Shown here: one piece after another, positions 47,400 to 57,234 of the stretch
Layout: every line of letters begins with the position of its first letter
Position numbering within the stretch: position 1 is the first letter of the stretch
Source of the DNA: a virus
Lineage: Duplodnaviria; Caudoviricetes
Virus record (IMG/VR): IMGVR_UViG_3300001594_000003
Location: 84,992-148,991 of that record
Length of the DNA: 64,000 nt
Strand: one strand, 5' to 3'
Made by a program: the position numbers and the translations under genes
The notes under the pieces: model-generated
What the model saw: the letters and a program-made list of their open reading frames with translations, nothing else
What the model was told of the DNA's origin: nothing
Database searches by the model: none

Positions 47400-48195
47400 T
47401 CACCTGAGTCAAAAGATGCTGAGCGATGATCTTCGACCAACTTTCCAGATTCTCATCGTCAACCAGCTCCTGAACAGGGAGGGAGTCCAGCTTGATCAAC
47501 TGCTCCTCACGTGGGATCGCCTGTTCGCCAACGAACAAATCAACACCGTACACCACACCGAGGTGCAAGTGGCCAACGTCGTTGCTGCGATCGAGGATCA
47601 GCCCCATGAAAGAAGGAGTTGGAGTCTCTTGGCTGAATTTCTCAACCTCTTCTTCGATTTCACGACGCATGCCAGAGTAAAGAGAAGCACGAACGTTGAT
47701 GGTACTTTCGTCTTCTTCGGTGATGAGGTCTTCGTCGCCGTTGAGGTTCAGAATGTCTGCGTTTGTAAGCACGTCGCACAGATCAGGGTGTCCGCCGTAA
47801 CCAATGCTGTTGTTGCCGGCAAGCCGCGATTCGCCGACGCCTTTACCGCGCTGATAACGTGCGATGCGTGGTTTGCCTACGTAGTCGTGTTCGCTGAATA
47901 CCAAATACGGAAGCAGTTGCAGCTTCGTACGGTCACCGCTGTACGATACAAGCGGAGGCGGATTCTTGAACTCAAGTTCGATGCCGTGAAGATCGGCAAT
48001 GTAGTTGATCTGGTCAACAACGTCCTGCAGCTCTGTGCGCTTGTTGTCCAGTTGATCGCGCAACGCGATTGTGAAGTGTCGAGTAGCTGCACGCAGGAAG
48101 AGGTCTTCGCTCAGTACGTTGAAGCCTTCCTTCAAATTCAGTTCCTTTACGAAGGGTTGGGCTTCTACTGCGAGGATCGATTGTGGATGCTTCAT
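47386..48195 (-). CDS. Nudix-family phosphoesterase (COG4112-like)
   Basis: QLLPY, Y.RG...GE.RL....SIG.GGH, REIEEE, VG..HLG and LESWS; AAGGA RBS before ATG 48195. Confidence 0.8.
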   Translation of the reverse strand: MKHPQSILAVEAQPFVKELNLKEGFNVLSEDLFLRAATRHFTIALRDQLDNKRTELQDVVDQINYIADLHGIELEFKNPPPLVSYSGDRTKLQLLPYLVFSEHDYVGKPRIARYQRGKGVGESRLAGNNSIGYGGHPDLCDVLTNADILNLNGDEDLITEEDESTINVRASLYSGMRREIEEEVEKFSQETPTPSFMGLILDRSNDVGHLHLGVVYGVDLFVGEQAIPREEQLIKLDSLPVQELVDDENLESWSKIIAQHLLTQVNADA

Positions 48196-48315
48196 TTTTG
48201 ATTCCTTTTCAAGTTGGTACTCTGCATTTACACTATCAGGTAAGCGTGACTTGCGCACAAACTCATGCGATAAGTTGCGGACAAACCATTCACTGTGACT
48301 CATAAACAACACCTG

Positions 48316-48340
48316 AAAAAGGGAGCACTAGGCTCCCTTT
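48316..48340 (-). terminator. intrinsic terminator
   Basis: AAAGGGAGC-CTAGT-GCTCCCTTTTT. Confidence 0.85.
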
Positions 48341-48342
48341 GA

Positions 48343-48609
48343 TTACTCGACGCAAACTACCTCAACACCGTTCAAGTAGAATCCAGTGATTTGTCCTTGT
48401 GCGTTGTTGGTAATGTGCATCATTGGAGGTACATCGGCATCACCGTAATACTTGCCTACGTTCTTGATGTACGGCGTGTGCTTGACGAACTCATCCATTT
48501 CGGCGCGAGTCAGTTTGATCAGGCTAACCGTACTCAGTCCGTCTGCTGTAGCAGTATTGATTGCGTCTATGATGGAACGTACTATGCCAGTGTATTCGAT
48601 GATTTCCAT
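48343..48609 (-). CDS. hypothetical protein
   Basis: GAGG RBS. Confidence 0.6.
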   Translation of the reverse strand: MEIIEYTGIVRSIIDAINTATADGLSTVSLIKLTRAEMDEFVKHTPYIKNVGKYYGDADVPPMMHITNNAQGQITGFYLNGVEVVCVE

Positions 48610-48619
48610 GTATTACCTC

Positions 48620-49225
48620 TTAGGAGTTGGTTAGGTCCAACACCAGCGGTGCTACCATTTGCTCGCTAACGCTAACGGCAACGATGCTGATGGTGTCGTT
48701 GGATTCTTCGACCAGACGATGTGCAGCGACGTTACCGTAGTAACGAGCGACTTCATCTACTACAGAAGCAGGAGACAGGGTCTTACTGGTCTCCAGTTCT
48801 TGGTGGGTCGGGAAAGGTTCGTACTCAGGATAGTCGATATCGACGTTACCGAATACGGTGATTGTCTGCATGTGGTGATCACCTTTTGTTGCTTCTGCGA
48901 TCAGGTCGAGCACTGGGTTCTTCCGATGCAAGTTGAGCTTATAGGTGATTTCCACGGAGAACATGCGAATGTTGGAGTACAGACGCGGTGTCGTCATGAA
49001 CGGCGAATCAATCGCAGGAACAGCATCCTCGGCAGGAAGTTGATCCAGCAGCTTTGTGGCTGCTTCACGCGAACGTTGTGTGGCTGCTTTCAGGCTGCCG
49101 CGAGGTTCGATCTTGCCGCGAGCCTTTGGCAGTTCTGTCTTTGCGGATTTCTTGGTTGTCATTGACTTACTCCTAGTTTGACGGGCACTTATGTGCGCTC
49201 TATCTTGGTACCACAGTTGACGCAA
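48620..49225 (-). CDS. hypothetical protein
   Basis: AGGAG RBS before ATG near 49162. Confidence 0.6.
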   Translation of the reverse strand: MRQLWYQDRAHISARQTRSKSMTTKKSAKTELPKARGKIEPRGSLKAATQRSREAATKLLDQLPAEDAVPAIDSPFMTTPRLYSNIRMFSVEITYKLNLHRKNPVLDLIAEATKGDHHMQTITVFGNVDIDYPEYEPFPTHQELETSKTLSPASVVDEVARYYGNVAAHRLVEESNDTISIVAVSVSEQMVAPLVLDLTNS

Positions 49226-49392
49226 AACTTGTGAGGGTAAACATGGCCCGGGTGATTCAGTGCTTTGCGAGAAGTGCAGAACTCCTCAACCTTAATGTAA
49301 TGTTTCTGCAAGACGGACTCCCAGTCAGCAACTGAAACATCTTCGCCGCCGATGATTCCTGCAATGCACTTACCTTCGACACACCGGGCCAT
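49189..49392 (-). CDS. small Cys-containing protein
   Basis: FCVNCG motif; AAGGA RBS. Confidence 0.55.
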   Translation of the reverse strand: MARCVEGKCIAGIIGGEDVSVADWESVLQKHYIKVEEFCTSRKALNHPGHVYPHKFCVNCGTKIERT

Positions 49393-49401
49393 GCTATATC
49401 C

Positions 49402-50322
49402 TTAAGCTGTAGTTACTTCACAACCACCAGCACCGCACGCAACTTCGCCAGCCAGATTGGTAGCGTCTTCGCGCTCGATAACGTTGGTCAGATCGATTTG
49501 ATGCAGGTTCTTGGCGCGCTCATTGAACGTAGCTTCATCGATATCTTCGAACGGAGCTTGGATGTACGTACCGCCGTCATACGGCAGAACAGAGATACCG
49601 TTAAACGATTCACGGTTATCCCACATCCAACGACCTACACCTTCCCACTCATTGTCTTTTACACTAATGGTACAAGACACGTTGTGGGTGTTGTCGCCGC
49701 TGCGATGACCAGCACGTACCCACTCGATGTTGAAACGCTTCACACGCTCAAGCAGATCATGTACGTCTTCGTGGCGCAGAATAGAACCAGCAGGTGCACG
49801 CTGCGGAACCTCGATGACGGCTTGTTCTGTCGGATTGAAGTGTTCGTCAGCAACCAGCTCAGGATGATGTTCGGCCAGATATCGGTAGATGGCTTCATTC
49901 TTGCCAACACGGATACGACGGATGTAGTAGTCATTGTGCCAGGCGTGGATACCGGACGCAGAACCAACAACAAGACTGGTGGTGCCAGCGGGCTTGATAG
50001 TGCCAGTACGGGCTGCAACGTTGATGCCGATGATTTCAGCAACGCGAGCGTTCTCAGCAAGAACGTGGGAAGCTGCTTCATACATATCGAACGGCAGAAC
50101 AGCACCGCTACCGATACCGGTCAGGCCAACCCCGATCAGAGCGTCTTTCTCGGTAGTCTCTTTCCAGATCGGACGCAGATAGTGGAAGTCGGTGTAACCA
50201 GCTTGCAGCGTACCGATGAACGCACCAGCCGCAGCACGACGGTTCAGTTCTTCTTGCGAGTCGATATCGCTTGCGTTAACCTCTGTCAGATTGCAGAATT
50301 GGTTTGGTCTAAGAGCAATTTC
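49402..50322 (-). CDS. nrdJ: class II ribonucleotide reductase, exon 2
   Basis: EIAL...FCNLTEVN, TIKPAGT, Y.QAPFE and terminal ACGAGGCE. Confidence 0.92.
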   Translation of the reverse strand, partial: EIALRPNQFCNLTEVNASDIDSQEELNRRAAAGAFIGTLQAGYTDFHYLRPIWKETTEKDALIGVGLTGIGSGAVLPFDMYEAASHVLAENARVAEIIGINVAARTGTIKPAGTTSLVVGSASGIHAWHNDYYIRRIRVGKNEAIYRYLAEHHPELVADEHFNPTEQAVIEVPQRAPAGSILRHEDVHDLLERVKRFNIEWVRAGHRSGDNTHNVSCTISVKDNEWEGVGRWMWDNRESFNGISVLPYDGGTYIQAPFEDIDEATFNERAKNLHQIDLTNVIEREDATNLAGEVACGAGGCEVTTA

Positions 50323-51435
50323 CAAAGCGAATAAAGAAATTCATTCGCTCCCGACTATATCTTCAACTTTGTACTTAACGCAGCTCGGAATTACTTTAAT
50401 GAAAGGTTCCAAGAAATTTTTGTAAAACCAAACGGAATTTTCTTCACCGCACATGATTAGCTTCATTCCGTCATGGTCGTAACGGGCTTTAATATCATAT
50501 GTTTCCAACTCTTTTATTGCAGCTTGAGCAATGTACGGTTCGTAAATACTTATTACAAGACTTTTAGCCTTGTTTCCATCATCAAGATACCAGAGCAACC
50601 AACCGAAAGGCGTTAGTTTTTCAACAAGTAACCAAGGTTCTGTGTGTGGTATATCAACGTTACCTAGATGACGTGAATACCAGTCAGCGTACTGATGGCC
50701 TTGTGCGTGATCACGAATGACCACTTCGCAAGGTGTTTTTGGAAACGCCTTGTTAAACAAAGATACCTTCCACTTTAGATACTCAGCTTGTTTGATTCCA
50801 TGCTGAATACGAATGCTATGACGTTTTGCATCGTAACTACCATCACCCAAAACTTGAGAGGCGACTAGAGCGTAGTTATCTTCAATAGTTGGTTTGTACT
50901 TAACTGGTTGCTTATTCGCCAAAATCTTAACTCTGGCTTTCTGAAAAGTAGAACACTCAAAATACTTGTCATAAATGCCAGTAAATTTACGGCTGCTCAA
51001 ACCTGTTTTTTCGCGTACTTCGTTAGAACTTTCCGATGTTAAAACGAATCGGATCATTTCTTCCTTAGTGGGATAAATCTCGTTCTCGATGTACTCACGA
51101 GGAGACATACCAAACATCGACTTAAATCGAGTATACAGCGTTCTTTCACTAATGCCGTATTTCTCGCAAAGCCTGCATGAGTGCTGACCAAAGACACTCA
51201 CGTCTTTTGTTTCTATTCCGAGTTTTACAATCTTCTTGAAATCGTCAATCATCGTTTCATTCCTCACCATACAAAGTGCTATGCACATTTAGTCTGTGAA
51301 CCTTCCTGTTCAATCGAACAGGCTTGGCTGCTGATTACCCAACGCTCTTTCCTCATGGAAGAAAGGCTTTAACAGGTTTCCAGCAGTTCGCATAGATTTT
51401 ACAGATACGTCACCGTATCAGGCTGCAAGATGTTT
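50323..51435 (-). mobile_element. group I self-splicing intron
   Basis: P1 with U-G at the 5' splice site, Q AATCAGCAG, R CAGACTA, S AAGATATAGTC and terminal G; removal restores the NPCC|EI frame. Confidence 0.93.
50341..51252 (-). CDS. intron-encoded LAGLIDADG homing endonuclease
   Basis: LVASQVLGDGS, Q.EYL.WK and WYLDDG; GAGG RBS before ATG 51252. Confidence 0.85.
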   Translation of the reverse strand: MIDDFKKIVKLGIETKDVSVFGQHSCRLCEKYGISERTLYTRFKSMFGMSPREYIENEIYPTKEEMIRFVLTSESSNEVREKTGLSSRKFTGIYDKYFECSTFQKARVKILANKQPVKYKPTIEDNYALVASQVLGDGSYDAKRHSIRIQHGIKQAEYLKWKVSLFNKAFPKTPCEVVIRDHAQGHQYADWYSRHLGNVDIPHTEPWLLVEKLTPFGWLLWYLDDGNKAKSLVISIYEPYIAQAAIKELETYDIKARYDHDGMKLIMCGEENSVWFYKNFLEPFIKVIPSCVKYKVEDIVGSE

Positions 51436-52536
51436 ACAGCAAGGATTAGTACCCCAATCCAGATTGTTGGAGAAGTAGACACCAGGCTCACCAGAACCGC
51501 TGTCCTCGATCTTCTGCCACAGATCAAAGAACTCATCTTGCGTAATCTCGGCACGCGGAAGAACGGCACTGTTGTTCGCACGACCACGCTGAGCCTCGAA
51601 GATGTACCACGGCAGTTTGCCGGTCTCTTGCTGCTGATCGACCAGATACTTGTTGAGAACGATCTGGTGCAGCTTGTCGTTCCACTTGGTGCGAACGGTG
51701 CAGTTGAAGTTGTCATGGTCGTCAATGCGAACCATGTCTTCGATGGAGCACTTGAAGTTACCCTTCGCCTTGAGCATGCCGTGATCGTAGCGATCAAACA
51801 GGCAGATCATAGCAGCACGGCGAATACCGCCAGCCAGTACGGCATCAGCGATATGGCACATGATATCGTGAACTTCCAGCGGAACTAGCTGAGTAGCTAC
51901 GCCACGGGTTTCGATAGCATGATCCATCAGATTGGCAATCTTCTGCAGGCAGAAGCGCAGAGGATTCGGGCCAGGTGCTTTACCGCCAGAAGTAACAAGC
52001 GGTGCACCCTTCTTGCGGATGTCACTGAAATCGAAGTTCGGACGTGCCTTGCCGTAGAAGTAGGCTTCGACCAGAACTTTAACAGCGTCAGCCCAGCCTT
52101 CGATGCTGTCGCCAATCACGTAACGACGAACGCCGCTGTTCGGACCGATGAGAACAGGCAGTTTGCCAACGTGACGGTTCTGAACAGAGTAACCGATGCC
52201 TGTACCGCCAAGCAGCAGGAACATGGTTTCAGAGAACGAATCGACGTGATCGACGGGCATGAATGCACAGTTGAAAATGCGATTCGGAGCCAGCTCAATC
52301 GGACGGCCACCGAACTGCAAGCTGCGCATCGACGGCAGCACTTTTTTCGTGAAGACGAATTCCTTGTACACACGCTGAATTTCAGCACGGAGCTGAGGAT
52401 ACTTGCGAATGTGCATCGCCATGTTTCGCTCACAGAGTTCGATCCACGATTCGCGGCGATTAATCTCTGGAATGTACTTGGCGTACTTCATGTACGTGGT
52501 GATTTCAGAAAGAATCTGAACAGAATTGTCAGACAT
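51436..52536 (-). CDS. nrdJ: class II ribonucleotide reductase, exon 1
   Basis: LPSMR.L, FNCA, GGTGIGYS, SGG.APGP, GGIRRAA, ANNS, GEPG and GTNPCC. Confidence 0.92.
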
Positions 52537-52570
52537 AACACTGCCTTGTTAAGTTGGTTGATGGATCATG

Positions 52571-52951
52571 TTAGTGTTGCACTACCACTTCTTTTGCCAC
52601 AGAAACAGGCATGACATTGAACGTTGCGATTATGGTGTTATTCTTATGGTGCTTGCCAATCAAATTGGCAATACGTCCAGATCGTACCTTGTGCTGATCT
52701 ACGATTTTCCCTTCACTGCGCAGGAGTACCGTAGCACTTCGTTTGGAATACGTTACGGAGTAACTGTCTACCAAACGTGCGTCTATGTCAGAGCCTTTGA
52801 CATACTTCCGCATGTGCTGCTCCACAGCTTGAGCTACCCGCTCGCGGTTCTCTGGTGTATTCTCAAATGACGCTAGGGTGTGCTCGAACAATGCAACTCG
52901 AACACGTTCGAGTATTTGAGCCGCGATTGTATCCTGTGGAGTTGCACTCAT
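52571..52951 (-). CDS. hypothetical protein
   Basis: AAGGA RBS. Confidence 0.6.
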   Translation of the reverse strand: MSATPQDTIAAQILERVRVALFEHTLASFENTPENRERVAQAVEQHMRKYVKGSDIDARLVDSYSVTYSKRSATVLLRSEGKIVDQHKVRSGRIANLIGKHHKNNTIIATFNVMPVSVAKEVVVQH

Positions 52952-53000
52952 TCTCTGTCCTTATAGGTCTCTATCTTTACCAAAGGTCTATGTTGCACGA

Positions 53001-53729
53001 TCAAGCCTTGGGGCGAGTTACGCCTGTCTGACCCTGGTACTTACCACCACGATCCTTGTAGCTCACTTCGCATTCTTCGTCGGACTGGAAGAACAACATC
53101 TGAGCCACGCCTTCATTCGCATAGATGCGAGCAGGCAAGTTGGTGGTGTTCGAGAACTCAAGCGTCACATGACCTTCCCATTCAGGTTCAAGCGGAGTGA
53201 CGTTCACGATGATACCGCAACGTGCATAGGTGCTCTTACCTAAGCACACAACCAGAACGTCACGCGGGATGCGGAAGTATTCGACAGTGCGTGCCAACGC
53301 AAAGCTGTTCGGCGGGATCAGAATCGAATCTGCTTTCACCGTCTTCAAACAGTTTGAATCGAAGGCTTTCGGGTCAACTACTGCCGAGTTGATATTGGTG
53401 AAAATCTCCCACTCGTCGGCAGCACGAACATCGTATCCGAAGCTGGAGTTACCGTAGCTGATAACAGGCGTTTTCAGATCAATATCAGGATCGTTTTTAA
53501 ACTTGATCTGATTGGGTTCAAAAGGTTCGATCATCGGTTGCCAGTCGAAAAGATCGGCGTCGTCAATCGGACGAATGTAACCATCACGCGCATCTGCACG
53601 GGCTGCCATCACTTCCACGTGATCTGCATTGATTGCTGTGAAAAGCTGATGAACTCTACCCTCTATTACCATAGCGTGAGTTGGTGGAGTACATTTACGC
53701 TTGATCCAACGGTCGGATTTGATGCTCAT
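53001..53729 (-). CDS. dcd: dCTP deaminase
   Basis: [27 protein letters not shown] and GKYQGQ. Confidence 0.95.
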   Translation of the reverse strand: MSIKSDRWIKRKCTPPTHAMVIEGRVHQLFTAINADHVEVMAARADARDGYIRPIDDADLFDWQPMIEPFEPNQIKFKNDPDIDLKTPVISYGNSSFGYDVRAADEWEIFTNINSAVVDPKAFDSNCLKTVKADSILIPPNSFALARTVEYFRIPRDVLVVCLGKSTYARCGIIVNVTPLEPEWEGHVTLEFSNTTNLPARIYANEGVAQMLFFQSDEECEVSYKDRGGKYQGQTGVTRPKA

Positions 53730-53738
53730 TTGTTTTCC

Positions 53739-54164
53739 TTAAAAGTCCAGCAGAAAGCTGTGATTGTATGAACGTGGAGGGTGAATGTGGGAAGGGTCTA
53801 CTAAGCCAGAATCATCGTGTTCCTGTACTTCCTTGTACTGGAATATAATGGTACTGCCAAGTCCTTCGCGTTCGATAATGGTGTGTCCGCAGATCGTGCC
53901 TAGAATACCGCGACTACGCAGCGCTCGATAGCGGGTCAACCTAAAACTAGGAAAGTCTCTTTGTAATTGTGCGAACTCGTTAAACTTATCCGCACTCATT
54001 TCCACGTGCCGTATCCTGACACGACTACCAATCTTAATGGATTGACGATTGCCGTAAGCACCAAAGGTTTTCACGACTACATCAGCAGCATTTTCGAGTT
54101 TCTTGTCCGAAATATCCACTGTTACCGAAATAGAGTTACTGCTCAAATCCTGATTGAAACCCAT
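53739..54164 (-). CDS. hypothetical protein
   Basis: ORF with RBS. Confidence 0.6.
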   Translation of the reverse strand: MGFNQDLSSNSISVTVDISDKKLENAADVVVKTFGAYGNRQSIKIGSRVRIRHVEMSADKFNEFAQLQRDFPSFRLTRYRALRSRGILGTICGHTIIEREGLGSTIIFQYKEVQEHDDSGLVDPSHIHPPRSYNHSFLLDF

Positions 54165-54186
54165 GTTCGTAGTCCCTTCTCCAACA

Positions 54187-54429
54187 CTAGCCGTTTACAC
54201 TTTTACGGGTAGCGTACTGCTCATAAAGTCTTAGTTGTTTGATGGCATTTTCGTATGAAACCTTCTCACCGAGAGTTCTGCTGTACTGTTCTTTGAACGC
54301 ACAATGACTCTCGCCTGATACAGGAAAACCATTTATATCCAGTGTACAGATTGTGGTGGTTCCTCGTCGCGTGTATGTTGTCCCAGTTATGAGACTGAGT
54401 AGGTACTCTCTGGTGATCACCCTATCCAT
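54187..54429 (-). CDS. phage Gp49/Gp66-like small protein
   Basis: TIC.L..NGF.V.GES.C......G....ENAI. Confidence 0.7.
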   Translation of the reverse strand: MDRVITREYLLSLITGTTYTRRGTTTICTLDINGFPVSGESHCAFKEQYSRTLGEKVSYENAIKQLRLYEQYATRKSVNG

Positions 54430-56891
54430 TTTTGTGTGCTCTCATCGAACTCTGTGGCATTTCCATTGGTTACATCACCTGTCGTTATAGGGTCTCCAGG
54501 GAACTGGAACGGGAAGTTCCACTTCGAGGTCGAATCTGCCAACTTCGCACCCATGGAGTAATAATCAGCCCAGGAAACCAAAGACTTGTTTGAAGTTACA
54601 TCGTGATATCGACCGTAGTCCACGACACGTTCTACCGAGTCAACAACAGGCACGATAGTCGGATCGCCGAAGACAAAAGCTATATCACGAGCCATGTCCA
54701 TCTTTTGACTATCAGTGAGTCCACTGTCTACCAGTAGCTCATTGCGGCTGTACATGATGGCTACTTCCGAGGCTAGCTTACCAAGTTCTTCTACTTGAAC
54801 GCCAGCTTCGGTCGGGCTGATATGTCCGAACGTGTTTATATATGCTCTAGCTCCTTGTTCAACCAACATACGCTGTGGGTCAGTTGCAGAAGCCCAGCGC
54901 TCAATGTTGCGTGCTGTAGAGTAAGGATTAATAAGGACGTTGCGTCCGTCGAAGCCCAGTCCAGTAGCAGAGTGCAGGAAAGTCCCGCCCGCTTTAAGCA
55001 TGGGATTCTCGATGACTTCCAGATCAATAGGTAGTGGCACTTTGATCTGGTTAGGGGAGATACCGGCAGCACGCAGGTCATCTGCCCAGAGTCCGCCACT
55101 AAGCACGTCACCAACAATGGCACCCGGATTTACGCGACGTCCAGACGCTGCCGACACGATGTTGTGAAGGCGCATGCCGGTTACATCTTCGGCCTTGTTG
55201 GTGATACGGTTTATAGCAGCATTCTTCGCATACGTCTTGTCGTTACGCATACGATCAATCTCACGCGCAACTGCACGTGGATCGGTTTGTCCGTTAGCAA
55301 CCAGTTTGACAACCTCTGCACCGTACTTCTTGAGCGTCTTGTACCCGTCGAGCGAACCGACTTCTCCACCCGTATCAAGAGCGTCACGAAGTGGACCTTG
55401 AGTCTGCTTGTATTGCGCCACAGACTCACGCAGCTTCGACTGAGAAGCGATGACGTTACTCGGTACACCCTTCGGGTTGAGTGGTGTAGACGGTACGAGC
55501 GGGTTAACAGCGTTGTGCTCTTTGAGTGCATTCAGCGTGTTACTGGCGGCGGCTGCGGCAGGTACAGCTTTCGGTGCTGGAGTAGGAACAGCAGCGGGCG
55601 TAACTGGAGCTTCGACTTCCGTATTCGCAGTTTCCTCTACGATGTTGATCGGGCCTTCGTTAGCCTTTGCGTTCTGCTTGCTGGACGACTTGTTGCTACC
55701 AGCAGGGTTACTTGCACCTTCCTCGTTTACAGCCGGACGATACAGATAGTACAACTCACTGTACTTGTGGCCAGCTTTGATCCAAAGCGTGCGTCCGCCC
55801 AGCAACCACTTCCCACCAAGAGTCTTCGACGCCTTGAACTCTTGGTTGTCTTGGTCTTGATGTTGGTACTCTGCGCAGTCTAGTGCGGAAGTCTCCGTGA
55901 ACTCGTCAGTCAATACGGTCAAACGCTCGCTAAACAGACCAAGGTAGCGCATGTTCTGGTAGAGCGCCTTCTCATAGAACCGATGCAGATTGGAGGCGGG
56001 CGCAGGCTCGGTACCGGTATCGAAACCAGTGTACGAAACACGCGCACCTCGATCTGCAATCTGAGACTTCACGTCGCTATTGATAGGCAGTGCTGATCCC
56101 ATCAATGGTGCATCCAAGCTGGTAGTCGATTGCTGGCCAGAGTTATTGAGACTGTGCTCGTACTGCATCTGACCATAGTTCATCAGGTGCGTGGGAAAGC
56201 CAGAGGCCGAAGCATCTTGCGTTTCCCGTATCACGATGGGTGTTGCCTTTGCGGCTCCCTCGGGCGTGTTCTGCAAAAGACTCCACTTGGGTTCTTCTTT
56301 GAGTATGTCAAACAGGTCCTTGTATCGAACTTCGCCATCCATTGTCAACATGCGGTACATGCACGTCTGACCTGAACCGTATCCGCGCATTGCCACGTCT
56401 TCGGTGAAGGCGCTGCGTGTCTTATTGACGTTCAACCACGTCATCACGTCATCAACTGACTTGGGTCCACTGTACTTGAGTCCAGCACGGGACGCCATCT
56501 GCTGTATGACCGAAGAAGACGTTCCACGAATGGACTCGGTGAAAACACCGGCGCTCCACTTTGGTACATCCAGAATGCAAGTCACGACTAGCTTAGGTCC
56601 GGCGGCAGTTTGTGACTTCTGATAACCGAACACACGAAACTTACGTGTCTTGGGTTGCTCTCTGGTCTTGGCGAGTTTGATGGTGACCAGGGTTCCATCT
56701 TGCAAGTTCATTTCTGCACTTAGCGTTCCGCGCTCATCGTTAAGATAAAGCTGGAGTACAGGAATAGCAACGGCGAAACCGTCCTGAATGAAAATGCTAT
56801 CGATGAAGTTCTTGGTCGCTGGGATTCGTGTGTTCTCGATATCTATGGAGCAATATGCGATATTCTGAACGTCAAGTACAGCTTCTGCCAT
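54417..56891 (-). CDS. putative baseplate hub protein
   Basis: large protein in the tail module after the wedge-like and tape-measure genes. Confidence 0.5.
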   Translation of the reverse strand: MAEAVLDVQNIAYCSIDIENTRIPATKNFIDSIFIQDGFAVAIPVLQLYLNDERGTLSAEMNLQDGTLVTIKLAKTREQPKTRKFRVFGYQKSQTAAGPKLVVTCILDVPKWSAGVFTESIRGTSSSVIQQMASRAGLKYSGPKSVDDVMTWLNVNKTRSAFTEDVAMRGYGSGQTCMYRMLTMDGEVRYKDLFDILKEEPKWSLLQNTPEGAAKATPIVIRETQDASASGFPTHLMNYGQMQYEHSLNNSGQQSTTSLDAPLMGSALPINSDVKSQIADRGARVSYTGFDTGTEPAPASNLHRFYEKALYQNMRYLGLFSERLTVLTDEFTETSALDCAEYQHQDQDNQEFKASKTLGGKWLLGGRTLWIKAGHKYSELYYLYRPAVNEEGASNPAGSNKSSSKQNAKANEGPINIVEETANTEVEAPVTPAAVPTPAPKAVPAAAAASNTLNALKEHNAVNPLVPSTPLNPKGVPSNVIASQSKLRESVAQYKQTQGPLRDALDTGGEVGSLDGYKTLKKYGAEVVKLVANGQTDPRAVAREIDRMRNDKTYAKNAAINRITNKAEDVTGMRLHNIVSAASGRRVNPGAIVGDVLSGGLWADDLRAAGISPNQIKVPLPIDLEVIENPMLKAGGTFLHSATGLGFDGRNVLINPYSTARNIERWASATDPQRMLVEQGARAYINTFGHISPTEAGVQVEELGKLASEVAIMYSRNELLVDSGLTDSQKMDMARDIAFVFGDPTIVPVVDSVERVVDYGRYHDVTSNKSLVSWADYYSMGAKLADSTSKWNFPFQFPGDPITTGDVTNGNATEFDESTQKWIG

Positions 56892-56892
56892 T

Positions 56893-57234
56893 TTAAATTC
56901 TCACCGTATCAATCTTGTTCGATTGTTCAGCAAGCAAGTACGTTAGGGCAGAAGACACTAGACCCAAGGCAGGTACCTTGATTCGCATGCCTTCCTTAAC
57001 CGCAAACATATCTGCAATTCCGTTATAGACCATGAGGACTCTCCAGTATTCCTCATTCAAGTACACGTTATACGACACCAGAGGCATGTTGTGTCTTTCC
57101 TCTGGGGATATCGTGTAGTAGCGGTATTCCTTTATATTCGCTATTGCTTCGTATGACTTATCACGAAGCGGATCAATTCCAAGCTCATCGATTACGGAGA
57201 AGGTAATGCCTTTCGTTATGTCAGTCATTCTCAA
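56893..57234 (-). CDS. baseplate wedge protein (T4 gp53/LysM-like)
   Basis: LVSYNVY....YWRVLM.YNGI.D....G..I.VP. Confidence 0.65.
   Translation of the reverse strand: MRMTDITKGITFSVIDELGIDPLRDKSYEAIANIKEYRYYTISPEERHNMPLVSYNVYLNEEYWRVLMVYNGIADMFAVKEGMRIKVPALGLVSSALTYLLAEQSNKIDTVRI

Noticed and set aside
50323-51435. Intein in nrdJ
   Set aside because: The insert has in-frame stops, a separate ORF with its own RBS, and group I RNA core motifs rather than Cys...His-Asn intein ends.
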